This document shows positions 36,854 through 45,237 of a stretch of 45,237 nt of DNA, one piece after another. The position numbers and the translations under genes are program-made. The notes under the pieces were generated by a model. The model worked only from the letters and a program-made list of their open reading frames with translations, was not told the DNA's origin and made no database searches. The stretch comes from a virus (Duplodnaviria > Caudoviricetes), in the IMG/VR virus record IMGVR_UViG_3300015200_000128, positions 1-45,237 of that record. One strand, given 5' to 3'. The stretch's first letter is position 1; each line of letters begins with the position of its first letter.

Positions 36854-39616
36854 CTAGCGTCCGCGCTCGCGGTCAAAAGCCGACTGATACGAGGACTTGC
36901 CCGCATTGGGGCCAGCCGCCGGACCACCCGAGTAGTAGTAAGTCGGCGTGGGCGGCGCGATGTTGATGCGGTCGTCGGCAGCCTTGCCGGGGTGCGCATC
37001 GGTGCCGGTCATCACCGGCTTCGGCGGCGGTGGCCTGACAGGCGGGGCACTAATCGGAGGAGCAACGGCAGTCGGGCCAGCCGCCGGACCGGTCGGGTAG
37101 CGCGGAGCGCCCATCGTCGGAATCACCCCGCGCAACGGGCTGATGACCGGCGCAGTCGCGGCACCGAGCGCACCAGCAGCGCCACCGAGCTGGGCGGCGG
37201 TCATGTTCTTGAAGTTCTGGACCACCGCCGCCTGACCGGACAGGGGCTGCCCGTTGATGCCCGGGCCGAGGACGGCCTTGCTCTGCTGGGAGGCGAGCAG
37301 GGAAGCGACCGGACTGGGCATCAGACCGCCAGTCCCCTCGATGGCCGCGATACGCAGGCGCTCCGACGGGTCCTGCATGAGGGCCTTGCGGATGAGCGAG
37401 TCACGCTCACCCGTCTCACCACGCATGAACTCCGCCGTCGCACCACGCGCATCCTCTACGATGCCGCCGCTGGCAGCCTTGTTGCGCAACCGAGCGTAGA
37501 AGTCCTGCACGTCACGGCTCAGGCCAGTGATGTCGGCGTAGCCCTCGACACCCAGCTTGTCGGCGACCGTCCCCGTCCGGCCCTGCTCGGCAGCAGCCCG
37601 GATGCGGCGCTCGATGTCAGGCGTCTTAGCAAGGTAATCGGTCCGGGCTGACTCGGCTTCGCGAAGCGCAGCCACCAGCTCGTCCGGCTTGGTCGTGCCC
37701 AGTTCCTTGGTGATGGCCGCAGCCATGACCTGCGGGTCCATCGCGTACGCGACGCCCGGGTCGTTCTTGTCAGAGCGGGTGCTGTTGAGCCAGACCGTGA
37801 ACGACGAGCGACCGACCTTGTTGACCATCTGGTTGGCGCTGTTCGGGTCCCTGAACTGCGGGTCGATGGCCGACTGTGGGTCGTAGGTCTTGGCGTTGGG
37901 CCCACTGGTAATCGTGATACGCAAGCCATCGCGGGTGTCCTCGGGCGTCAGCCGTGCCCCGGTGGTCGCATCCACGAACAGCGAGTCAGGGTCGTTCGTC
38001 CAGCGGACCGCACCTGACGAGTCCCAGTACTGGGCGAGCTTGGTGCCATCCGGCATCGTGAACATGTTCGCGACGTTGGCGTTGCTCTTGGGCTTGCCCG
38101 CCGCCGCCGTCGGTCGCCCGGTGAAGTCGGCTGGTCCGATGGCATCGGTGTAGACGGGGACCGGCAGGATGGCCGTCATCACCCCGGAGATGTCGATGGT
38201 CTTGCCTTCGAAGTCGATGGTCTTGGGCAGGTGCCCGCCGGTCGGCACCCACGCCACGCCAGCTCCGACCTTGGCAGCTTCGACCACGCCGTACGGTGCA
38301 TCGGTCCGGTCGGTCGGCTGACCGTCCTCGTCCACGCGCATGACCACGCCCGTGCCATCGGTCAGGCGCAGGACCTGCTCGCGCAGGATGCGGTAGTCCT
38401 CGGCATGCTTCGACGTCTCGCCGCCACCCTGCTGCTTGTAGCCAGCGACCGTGCCCCGGCTGTCCTCCCACAGGGTCGGTGCGTTCAAGTCAGCACCGCC
38501 GCCGGTCAGCGACAGAATCTCGTTGTTGAGGTGACCGGCTGTGACCGACACCTTGGGGTCCATGTCAGCCGGGATGGCCGACACGTCCTGATGAATCTTG
38601 ATGAGCGACTTGGTGTAGTCCTGAAGCGCGAGGTAACGGTCGAGCGGCGTGGCGCTCTCGTTCTCGACCCGCGTGTCGAGGATGTCGCGAGCGTCCTCGT
38701 AGCGGGCGAGCGGGGTCGCGGCAGTCAGGGTGTTGAACACCTCGACCCCGTCCACCAGCTCGGTCGTCAGCTTCTTGGTGTCGGTCGCGTGGCCCGCCTT
38801 CTGTGCCTTCTGGATGCGCCCGGTCAGGCCCGCCACCTTGTTGACCTTCTCGGCCTGAAGCGTGTCCCATGTGAAGTTGCCGCTGAAGTTCGGGTTGCCC
38901 CACTTCCTGATGTGTGCGGTCAAGCTGTCGCGATACGGCTTGTAGGCAGGCTCGGTGTTGAAGATGTTGAGCAGCTGGACCATGCGCGAGGCGTCACCCT
39001 CGGCGACTCGCAGGTCGGCCAGCGTCTCGCGCTTGGTATTGAGGATGCCCTCACGCCGCGCCACCTCGGTCAGCGCATCGACCATGGTGTCGTAGGCGAC
39101 TTCCTTCTTGGCCGGGATGCGGTTGACGTCGGAGTTGTAACCCCCGCTCCGCCCGCCGCCATGCCCACCTCCGCCACCACCACCGCCCCCACCCGACTTG
39201 GCCCGGTCGCGGTACTGGGCCGCGAGGGTCTGCATGTTCCGCCACGCCTCGGAGTTCTGGGGCAGCTTGCCCGACCACTTGTTGTAGAAGCTCGCCATCG
39301 ACGCATCGCTGGCCTTGCCCTGCGCGTAGCGCAGCTCCATCTTGCTGTTGGAGATGGAAAAGGTGTACTCATCGACGCGCTGCGACGCCTCGTCGTACAT
39401 CGGGTCGTCCTTCGCCAACCCGGCAGCGCGGCTCTTGAGGTGTGACAGCAAGGCCTCGTCGGTGACCTGCTTGCCTTCGAACTTGCCGCCCTTCTCCCAC
39501 GAGTTGACGATGTTCCGGTCGCGCATGTTCTGGTACTCACGGGCCATCGCCACGATGGTCGAGGTGAGGTCAGGTGAAGAGCGCGGCCTCCGTCCGAAGC
39601 GTCCTCGTCGGGCCAT
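36854..39616 (-). CDS. Large putative internal virion (ejection) protein, 920 aa
   Basis: Basic N-terminus, helical, Gly-rich linker; follows portal. Confidence 0.7.
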   Translation of the reverse strand: MARRGRFGRRPRSSPDLTSTIVAMAREYQNMRDRNIVNSWEKGGKFEGKQVTDEALLSHLKSRAAGLAKDDPMYDEASQRVDEYTFSISNSKMELRYAQGKASDASMASFYNKWSGKLPQNSEAWRNMQTLAAQYRDRAKSGGGGGGGGGGHGGGRSGGYNSDVNRIPAKKEVAYDTMVDALTEVARREGILNTKRETLADLRVAEGDASRMVQLLNIFNTEPAYKPYRDSLTAHIRKWGNPNFSGNFTWDTLQAEKVNKVAGLTGRIQKAQKAGHATDTKKLTTELVDGVEVFNTLTAATPLARYEDARDILDTRVENESATPLDRYLALQDYTKSLIKIHQDVSAIPADMDPKVSVTAGHLNNEILSLTGGGADLNAPTLWEDSRGTVAGYKQQGGGETSKHAEDYRILREQVLRLTDGTGVVMRVDEDGQPTDRTDAPYGVVEAAKVGAGVAWVPTGGHLPKTIDFEGKTIDISGVMTAILPVPVYTDAIGPADFTGRPTAAAGKPKSNANVANMFTMPDGTKLAQYWDSSGAVRWTNDPDSLFVDATTGARLTPEDTRDGLRITITSGPNAKTYDPQSAIDPQFRDPNSANQMVNKVGRSSFTVWLNSTRSDKNDPGVAYAMDPQVMAAAITKELGTTKPDELVAALREAESARTDYLAKTPDIERRIRAAAEQGRTGTVADKLGVEGYADITGLSRDVQDFYARLRNKAASGGIVEDARGATAEFMRGETGERDSLIRKALMQDPSERLRIAAIEGTGGLMPSPVASLLASQQSKAVLGPGINGQPLSGQAAVVQNFKNMTAAQLGGAAGALGAATAPVISPLRGVIPTMGAPRYPTGPAAGPTAVAPPISAPPVRPPPPKPVMTGTDAHPGKAADDRINIAPPTPTYYYSGGPAAGPNAGKSSYQSAFDRERGR

Positions 39617-41604
39617 CAGCCAACAATCTTCTGCTGGCTCAGGATGCGGGTCTTGGGCTCACCCTCGGTCGGGGTCATCTGCTGCATCATCATCTGACCC
39701 TCGATGCCGCCCGGGGGCGCGGCGGCTCCTTCCGGTCCCGCTGTCGGTGCGCCCAACGGTGCGCCCATCGGCGGCGCGGGCATGCCAGCCTCCGGTGGCA
39801 GCATCGGCTGCTCGCCCTCGGCGTTCATCTCCGGGCTACCCTGTTGCCCGCCGCCCAGCAATCGGGATGCAGCAAGCGCTTGCTGCTGCTGGGCGGCAGC
39901 AGCCTCGGCCTCGGCAGGGGCGGGGATGCCGAGCTGCTTGAGGACGGTCAGCATCTGGGCCATCGTCATCACCGCCGCCGGGTTGAGCGTGGCGTCGGTC
40001 TGCTCCTCGCGGATGATGTCCTGCTCCATCTCCGGGTCATCGACGCCGACTCGGTCCATCGCCCGGGCCATCGACCACAGCTTGGAGCTGGCGAGGTTGG
40101 CCGCGAGGGTCGCCGTCTCGGCGTCGTCACGCGGAGTGAGCGTGGGCGGAACGATGTCGTGCCGGTACGGCGCAGTCAGGATGTCGCGCACCTCCGGGGT
40201 CTTGGCAGCCCACAGCGTACGGGCAAGCTCCCAAACATCACGTCGCCAGCGGTAGTAGATGTCGCGCTTGATGCGGATGCGAGCTTCGTAGTTCGCGACC
40301 AAGGCGTTGATGGCCTTGCCCGACGACAGGACCTGCGGGGGAGCAAGCCCGCGCAACAGGTCGTTGAGCCCCGACACGTCGTTCAGCTCCCGGTCGATGC
40401 GAGCGAGGTGCGTCTCGACTTGGAAGCTCGGCATCCACGGACTGATGGCCTCGATGCGGTTGCCCGCACCGGGACCGATGACCTGATTCGGTGTGGGCCG
40501 GAGCGACGGAGGAACGACGTCGGGACTCTCCGGCCCGACGAGCTGCCAGTACTGCCCGTTGATGGCACGCGACATCATCTGGGCGGCTTCACTGAAGCGC
40601 TCGTCCTTTTCCCTGATGAGCTGCTCGATGTCGTAGAACTCGGGCCGACCCATGGTCGTGCCCGGGATGAGCGTGTTGGTGAGGGGAACGTAGGGCAACA
40701 GGCCCTTGTACTCGGCGTGCTTCTTGCGCTGGATGCAGACGTTGCCGATGAAGATGGCGTTCCACGTTTCGAACTTGACCGGCTTGCCCACTTCGAAGGT
40801 CGCGTTCTTGACCGGCTTGCGATACCAGTAGTCGTAGACCTCCAGCCGCAGCTCGCTCGGCATGTTGACCCACGCCCCGACATCAAGGTCACCGGTCGCG
40901 GCGACGTACGGGTAGGGCATCCCGGTGTTGACGTCACGCCCGACCTCGACCCGCAGGCCGTACTCCTCGGCTGCCGCATCGGCGCTGATGAGGTAGGTGT
41001 AGACCGCCCAGCTCAGCTTGGTGTGGTCGCTAGAGCTGTAGCCGAACCGGAGGTTCCGGGGCTGCTCGATAATCTGCATCGTCGGACGCTTCTCGTCATC
41101 GAGCCAGTAGACCTTGGCAGCCGTCCGACCGTAGAGGCCCTTGACCAAGCACGCGGAGTGGCCCTTGAACTCGACGTCGTCGGTGTCCTTCCACGTCATG
41201 TAGATGCGCTCGGCCATGTTGGCGACATCGCGAGGCATCGAGTTCTCTTGGTCGTTGACCTCGGACTTCTCGTCGTCGGAGGCCACGAAGTTCTCGACCG
41301 GCGGGACCGACGTCAGCGAGGCGGGGATATCGACGTAGGCGGCGTACGAGTTGACCGAGACGTGGCTGCGACCGGGCGTGTTGGCGCTCTTGTGGTAGGA
41401 CCAGTGGGACGCGCCACCCTCGGTGAAACCCTGCGGGAAGTACAGGTTGTCGTACCTGTCACACAGGTTGCGGAAGACGTTCATCTCCGGGTCCGAGTCC
41501 ATGATGCGACGGCGCATCAGCTCAAAGACGTGAAGCTCTTCCTCCGACATCTCGCCAGCGGCCAGTGAGACGGCCCGGTTGATGTCGAGAACGGCAACCG
41601 CCAC
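39616..41604 (-). CDS. Portal protein
   Basis: Follows terminase; LPYVP...GRPEFYDI, SGLND, SGKAI motifs; P/Q/G-rich tail. Confidence 0.85.
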   Translation of the reverse strand: MAVAVLDINRAVSLAAGEMSEEELHVFELMRRRIMDSDPEMNVFRNLCDRYDNLYFPQGFTEGGASHWSYHKSANTPGRSHVSVNSYAAYVDIPASLTSVPPVENFVASDDEKSEVNDQENSMPRDVANMAERIYMTWKDTDDVEFKGHSACLVKGLYGRTAAKVYWLDDEKRPTMQIIEQPRNLRFGYSSSDHTKLSWAVYTYLISADAAAEEYGLRVEVGRDVNTGMPYPYVAATGDLDVGAWVNMPSELRLEVYDYWYRKPVKNATFEVGKPVKFETWNAIFIGNVCIQRKKHAEYKGLLPYVPLTNTLIPGTTMGRPEFYDIEQLIREKDERFSEAAQMMSRAINGQYWQLVGPESPDVVPPSLRPTPNQVIGPGAGNRIEAISPWMPSFQVETHLARIDRELNDVSGLNDLLRGLAPPQVLSSGKAINALVANYEARIRIKRDIYYRWRRDVWELARTLWAAKTPEVRDILTAPYRHDIVPPTLTPRDDAETATLAANLASSKLWSMARAMDRVGVDDPEMEQDIIREEQTDATLNPAAVMTMAQMLTVLKQLGIPAPAEAEAAAAQQQQALAASRLLGGGQQGSPEMNAEGEQPMLPPEAGMPAPPMGAPLGAPTAGPEGAAAPPGGIEGQMMMQQMTPTEGEPKTRILSQQKIVG

Positions 41605-41608
41605 GGTG

Positions 41609-43300
41609 CTACCTCTTGAGCATGCCGCTCAGGGGTACGACGGTCGCAGTCGTGAGCGTGTCCAGCCGGGTGGACCGGTCATCAACGTAACGCCGTGGGA
41701 CCTCGGGTGCCGATGGCGTGACAGGCGGTACCCGAGATGGGATGTTCTCACCGAAGTAGTCAAAAGGCAAGGCGCGAGCGTCACCGTAGATGGAACGGGT
41801 CGCCATACGGACCGCGAGCATGAGCGCCATGACAGCATCAGTGTCAAGTTTCCTGTCATTGAGCTTGTAAGCGAGCAGCTGACGACGCAGGATGAGCCAC
41901 TCCCCGTCCTGTGGCAGGTACAACCGCCCGGAATCAAGTGCCGTTCGCAGGTTGCCGAGCATCTTCTGCTTGACCGATGCTCGACCCCCGAACTCAACGG
42001 CGATGACCGGTACTCTGGCGGACTGGAGCAATGAACGGAAGACCTTCCCCCCGAAACCGGTCGCGTCGATGGCGCTCGTACACTGCCGCCCCTGTGCGTA
42101 CTCGTGGTGGATGTCCGAGGTGAGGCCAACGATGCTCTCGGCGGTCTGGCGACCCGACCTGCGGGCCGCGCTGACCCCAATCCACATCTCCGGGTCGGTG
42201 ATATCAAGCACGACCGACCAAGTGCTGTCGTACGAGATGGCCGGGTCCACCCCGTGGGCGTACTTGTGACCCGGAAGGTAGCCCGTCTTCGGCGGAAGCT
42301 TCCAGTCGAAGGCTTTGACTACGCTCTGCTTGGCAAAGTAGCTGAGTCGAGCTTCGATGAAGTAGCCGTCGATGTTCTGTGGGACCAACCCCTCGGGGAT
42401 GGTGCGAAGCATCCGGTCGAACTGCGTCTGGGAGATGCCGTAGCCGACGTTCTGACGGGTACTCATCCGCAGGCTGGCGTAATCAGGCTGCCTGTCGGGG
42501 GCCGTAAGGTCACCTCGTAGGAACAGCTCCTCGTACGCGAGGCTGCCCTCGGTCGCGGTGGCGATGAGGAAGGCCTGACCACCGGTACTCATGCGCCGCA
42601 GGTTGAGGACCTCATCGAACACGAAGGTCAGGTTGGGGTCGAAGGCCGGTTCGTCCCACGACCAGCCGTTCATGTCGCGTCCGAGGGTGGACAGGGCGCG
42701 TTCACCGGTGGTCCTGAAGTGAATCTCGGCCCCGCCGAGCAGGTCGGACCACTTGAACCACGCCCACTCACCGCGTTCCTTGCGCTCGGTTTCGGCCACA
42801 TCGGTGCCCAGAGCCTCGGTCAGCGGGCAGCCGTTGCCCTTCTGGGCCTCATGGACCCCCATCAGGATGCGGCGCAGCTCCAGATGGAGCAGTTCGGCGA
42901 CCTCTTGGCTGATGCCGAAGTGGTACCAGTCGTAGGGAGCGGAGTTCCAGCTCTTGTACGAGCTGTCGTCCGGCTCTGGGGCGGGCATGCCCATCTTGTA
43001 GAGGGTCTGATGGGCCACCACGATGGCGAGTCCGAGGGTTTTGCCCGCACGGTTGCCCGCACTACAGGTCACCGTCAGGTAGGCAGGGCTGTATCCGTCG
43101 GTGAGACGCGCTAAAGCGAGGTCGAACAGCGCCTGCTGGCCCGAATGGGCGTCGATACCCAGCACATCCTTACTGAACGAGCGCATATCCCAGCGCCCCT
43201 TGTGCAGCAGGTCGATGATGTCCAGCTCGATGAGCTGGTTGGTGATGTCCTCGTAGGAGAAGGACTCACTCTCCGAGTGCAGCGAGGTCGGTTGGGTCAA
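41609..43300 (-). CDS. terL: Terminase large subunit
   Basis: GNRAGKT Walker A, WSWDEPA Walker B, GVDPA / IDATGFG / DAVMAL nuclease motifs. Confidence 0.92.
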   Translation of the reverse strand: MTQPTSLHSESESFSYEDITNQLIELDIIDLLHKGRWDMRSFSKDVLGIDAHSGQQALFDLALARLTDGYSPAYLTVTCSAGNRAGKTLGLAIVVAHQTLYKMGMPAPEPDDSSYKSWNSAPYDWYHFGISQEVAELLHLELRRILMGVHEAQKGNGCPLTEALGTDVAETERKERGEWAWFKWSDLLGGAEIHFRTTGERALSTLGRDMNGWSWDEPAFDPNLTFVFDEVLNLRRMSTGGQAFLIATATEGSLAYEELFLRGDLTAPDRQPDYASLRMSTRQNVGYGISQTQFDRMLRTIPEGLVPQNIDGYFIEARLSYFAKQSVVKAFDWKLPPKTGYLPGHKYAHGVDPAISYDSTWSVVLDITDPEMWIGVSAARRSGRQTAESIVGLTSDIHHEYAQGRQCTSAIDATGFGGKVFRSLLQSARVPVIAVEFGGRASVKQKMLGNLRTALDSGRLYLPQDGEWLILRRQLLAYKLNDRKLDTDAVMALMLAVRMATRSIYGDARALPFDYFGENIPSRVPPVTPSAPEVPRRYVDDRSTRLDTLTTATVVPLSGMLKR

Positions 43301-43625
43301 ACTCCTCCCCTTCCTCGCCCTGTGCGGCCAAGAGACGCTGTTCCGGGGTCACGTTGATGATGACGCCCTCCGGCGGGACCCGACCACCGAGCATCCGGGC
43401 CAGCTTGATGGCGAGCTGCCGGTCAGCCGCCCGCTCCTCGCGCTTGTCAATCATCTGCTGGGCCATGAGGCCGTGCTGGAGCGTCGGCTTGAGCTTGCCA
43501 GCCTTGACGTCGGCGAGGGTCCTGTCACGCACCAGCTCGGCAAGGTCACCGGTCACGCGCTTGACGCGACGCTGGTCCTTGCGGGGCTTCCGCGCTACTT
43601 GTCGTGGTTTGACGTCATCTGTCAC
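43266..43625 (-). CDS. Putative terminase small subunit
   Basis: Position, size, basic N-terminus. Confidence 0.55.
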   Translation of the reverse strand: MTDDVKPRQVARKPRKDQRRVKRVTGDLAELVRDRTLADVKAGKLKPTLQHGLMAQQMIDKREERAADRQLAIKLARMLGGRVPPEGVIINVTPEQRLLAAQGEEGEEFDPTDLAALGE

Positions 43626-43640
43626 AACATCTACAATCTA
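43609..43640 (+). promoter_or_regulatory. Near-consensus sigma70 promoter for replication genes, overlapped by an opposite -10
   Basis: TTGACG 43609-43614, 17 bp, TACAAT 43632-43637; TAGATT on - strand 43635-43640. Confidence 0.7.
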
Positions 43641-43718
43641 CAACGTACGAACCTGCCGACGGAGGAGCCTCCTGACCCTACCACTTACCGACCCATCTAC
43701 CCAACTTTGAGGTGAACC

Positions 43719-44210
43719 ATGCCGCTGGTCGAAGTCCAGCCCCGGGCGGATATCAAAGCCGCCACCTACGAAGCTGTCGTCTCCTCGGTGGAGAAGGACA
43801 TCATCGTCCCCAAGACCGGACGCAATGCCGGTCAGAACGTGCCCATCCTGCGATGGAACTTCGTCATCGACGGCGTCGATGACCGCATCGAGTCCATCAC
43901 CGGGCGCGACCCCAGCTCCGAGAAGTCCAACCTGTTCAAGTACTTCGTCGCCCTGCTCGGCTCCGACAAGGCCAAGTGGATGTCGGCGGAGATGGAGGAC
44001 CTCGTCGGGCTCAAGTGCCTCGTCACCATCAGCGTCACTGACGACGGCTGGCCGCGTGTCGATGGCGTGTCGGGGATGCCGGTCCGCCGTGGCCCCGCCC
44101 CCGCGCCGACCCCCGCCGGGGAGCCGGTCAACCCGCAGCCCGTCCAGACCGCCTTCTCCGAGGGCAAGCTGACCGACGAGGAGGCCGTCCCCGACGACCT
44201 GCCCTTCTAG
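43719..44210 (+). CDS. Putative phage ssDNA-binding protein (OB-fold-like)
   Basis: Acidic DDLPF tail; EDLVGLKCLVTI; GAGG RBS. Confidence 0.75.
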   Translation: MPLVEVQPRADIKAATYEAVVSSVEKDIIVPKTGRNAGQNVPILRWNFVIDGVDDRIESITGRDPSSEKSNLFKYFVALLGSDKAKWMSAEMEDLVGLKCLVTISVTDDGWPRVDGVSGMPVRRGPAPAPTPAGEPVNPQPVQTAFSEGKLTDEEAVPDDLPF

Positions 44211-44223
44211 GCCCGTCAATGCA

Positions 44224-44253
44224 GAAGCCCCGACCGGGAACGGTCGGGGCTTC
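44224..44253. terminator. 13-bp hairpin, terminator-like
   Basis: GAAGCCCCGACCG-GGAA-CGGTCGGGGCTTC. Confidence 0.7.
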
Positions 44254-44405
44254 ATGCTGCCTGCGGCGCTCGGGGGCGGGAGACAGCAACGCTTCCAGCC
44301 GTAGCACCCAAGAGGCGAGCCACATAGTAGCACATGGTGCTAGACTTCGCGGTCCAGACAGCAGCGCTCTGAGTCGGGCATCATCGTCACCCAAGAAGGA
44401 ACAGC

Positions 44406-45237
44406 ATGGCCGCGAACGAACCACCGGACGGACCGTCCGGTCGTCCTCCTATTCACACGCTCGATGAGCCGATTGACGAGTCCGGGGCCGACGAGGTCGA
44501 ACAGCGACGTGCCGCCCGGACGAGCGCCCTGCCCGACGTCGCCGTCGAGGCGCTCAAGCTCAAGGCTCTCGGGTTCAGCATCATGCCGCTGCCGACCGAG
44601 AAGAAGTACCCGCCCCCGGCTGACTGGCCGACAGCGGCCAAGAACAACCCGGCGGTGTTCCTGACCAACCCGGGCACGCATAACTATGCGGTGTTGCCCC
44701 CACCGGGCTGCTTCGGCTGGGACGTGGACAAGGAAGCGCCCGAGCTGCTGTCCAAGGTCGGCGACACGCTGGGCGTGATGCTGCCCGAGACGCTGACCAC
44801 GTTCACCCCCAACGGTCAGCACAAGTTCTATCGCTGGCCGGAGTCCGTGGAGCGACCGCGTGGTCCGATGTTCGGCGGAGTCGTCACGCGCTGGCCGCTG
44901 GATGAGCCCGGTCAGGGCTATCTCGTCGGACCCGGCAGCGTGGTCGTGCAGGACAACGGGGCGCTGGGTGTCTATCACTCGTTCAGCTTCGATGACGAGG
45001 AGCCCATCGCCGAGCTGCCTATCGAGTGGGCTCTGGCGGCACAGATGTGGCGACCCGCTCGTGAGGTGAGGTCAACGAGCGGGCCCCTTGCCGAGGTCGG
45101 TGCGCCCAAGTACGAGCTGCCGGAGAGCGTCACAGCCGGTATGCGTTACGAGAGCATCCGCTCGTATACCGCGCACCTGTACAACCGTGGCCTGTCGAGC
45201 AACGAGATGTGGCCCCTCGTGCAGGCCGAGCTTGCGC
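44406..45237 (+). CDS. Bifunctional primase-polymerase (Prim-Pol), partial, absent from the ORF track
   Basis: Manual translation: LGFSIMPL...KKYP...W, GWDVD, TPNGQHKFY, GYLVGPGS; open to window end. Confidence 0.88.
   Translation, partial: MAANEPPDGPSGRPPIHTLDEPIDESGADEVEQRRAARTSALPDVAVEALKLKALGFSIMPLPTEKKYPPPADWPTAAKNNPAVFLTNPGTHNYAVLPPPGCFGWDVDKEAPELLSKVGDTLGVMLPETLTTFTPNGQHKFYRWPESVERPRGPMFGGVVTRWPLDEPGQGYLVGPGSVVVQDNGALGVYHSFSFDDEEPIAELPIEWALAAQMWRPAREVRSTSGPLAEVGAPKYELPESVTAGMRYESIRSYTAHLYNRGLSSNEMWPLVQAELA

Noticed and set aside
21848-41568. Long + strand ORFs antisense to structural genes (e.g. 21848-23764, 28010-29719, 39574-41568)
   Set aside because: Shadow frames expected from high GC3 codon bias; no RBS or motifs

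Overview
High-GC tailed-phage (Caudoviricetes) DNA, nearly a whole genome but cut at both ends: it starts inside a ribozyme-like element and ends inside a primase-polymerase gene. (1) 1-14.3 kb, + strand, early/accessory arm: many small ORFs, a MoxR-type AAA+ / HExxH-acidic / vWA trio, a PT-repeat surface protein, an Xis-like HTH, RusA, a PD-(D/E)xK nuclease and HTH proteins. (2) 14.7-43.6 kb, - strand, morphogenesis/lysis arm: terminases, portal, two very large internal/polyvalent proteins, scaffold, major capsid, adaptor, Dit-like and two large tail proteins, holin-like ORFs and a C39-like lysin; no tail tube or tape measure recognised. (3) 43.7 kb onward, + strand, replication genes. Most notable: (a) an ORF built from six nearly invariant 21-bp repeats (GCCCAAGCCGCACCGCCTCCC = AQAAPPP) separated by unrelated in-frame spacers, with a second gene 5 kb away using the same scaffold but different inserts, suggesting a DNA-level peptide-cassette shuffling system; (b) tandem type II hammerhead ribozymes that punctuate the early genes and abut a 10-copy AGGAGACAGC start motif; (c) a ~350-400 nt promoter-driven structured non-coding region; (d) a copy of the capsid N-terminal arm on an unrelated small protein. 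All calls are by motif inspection only; no searches were run.
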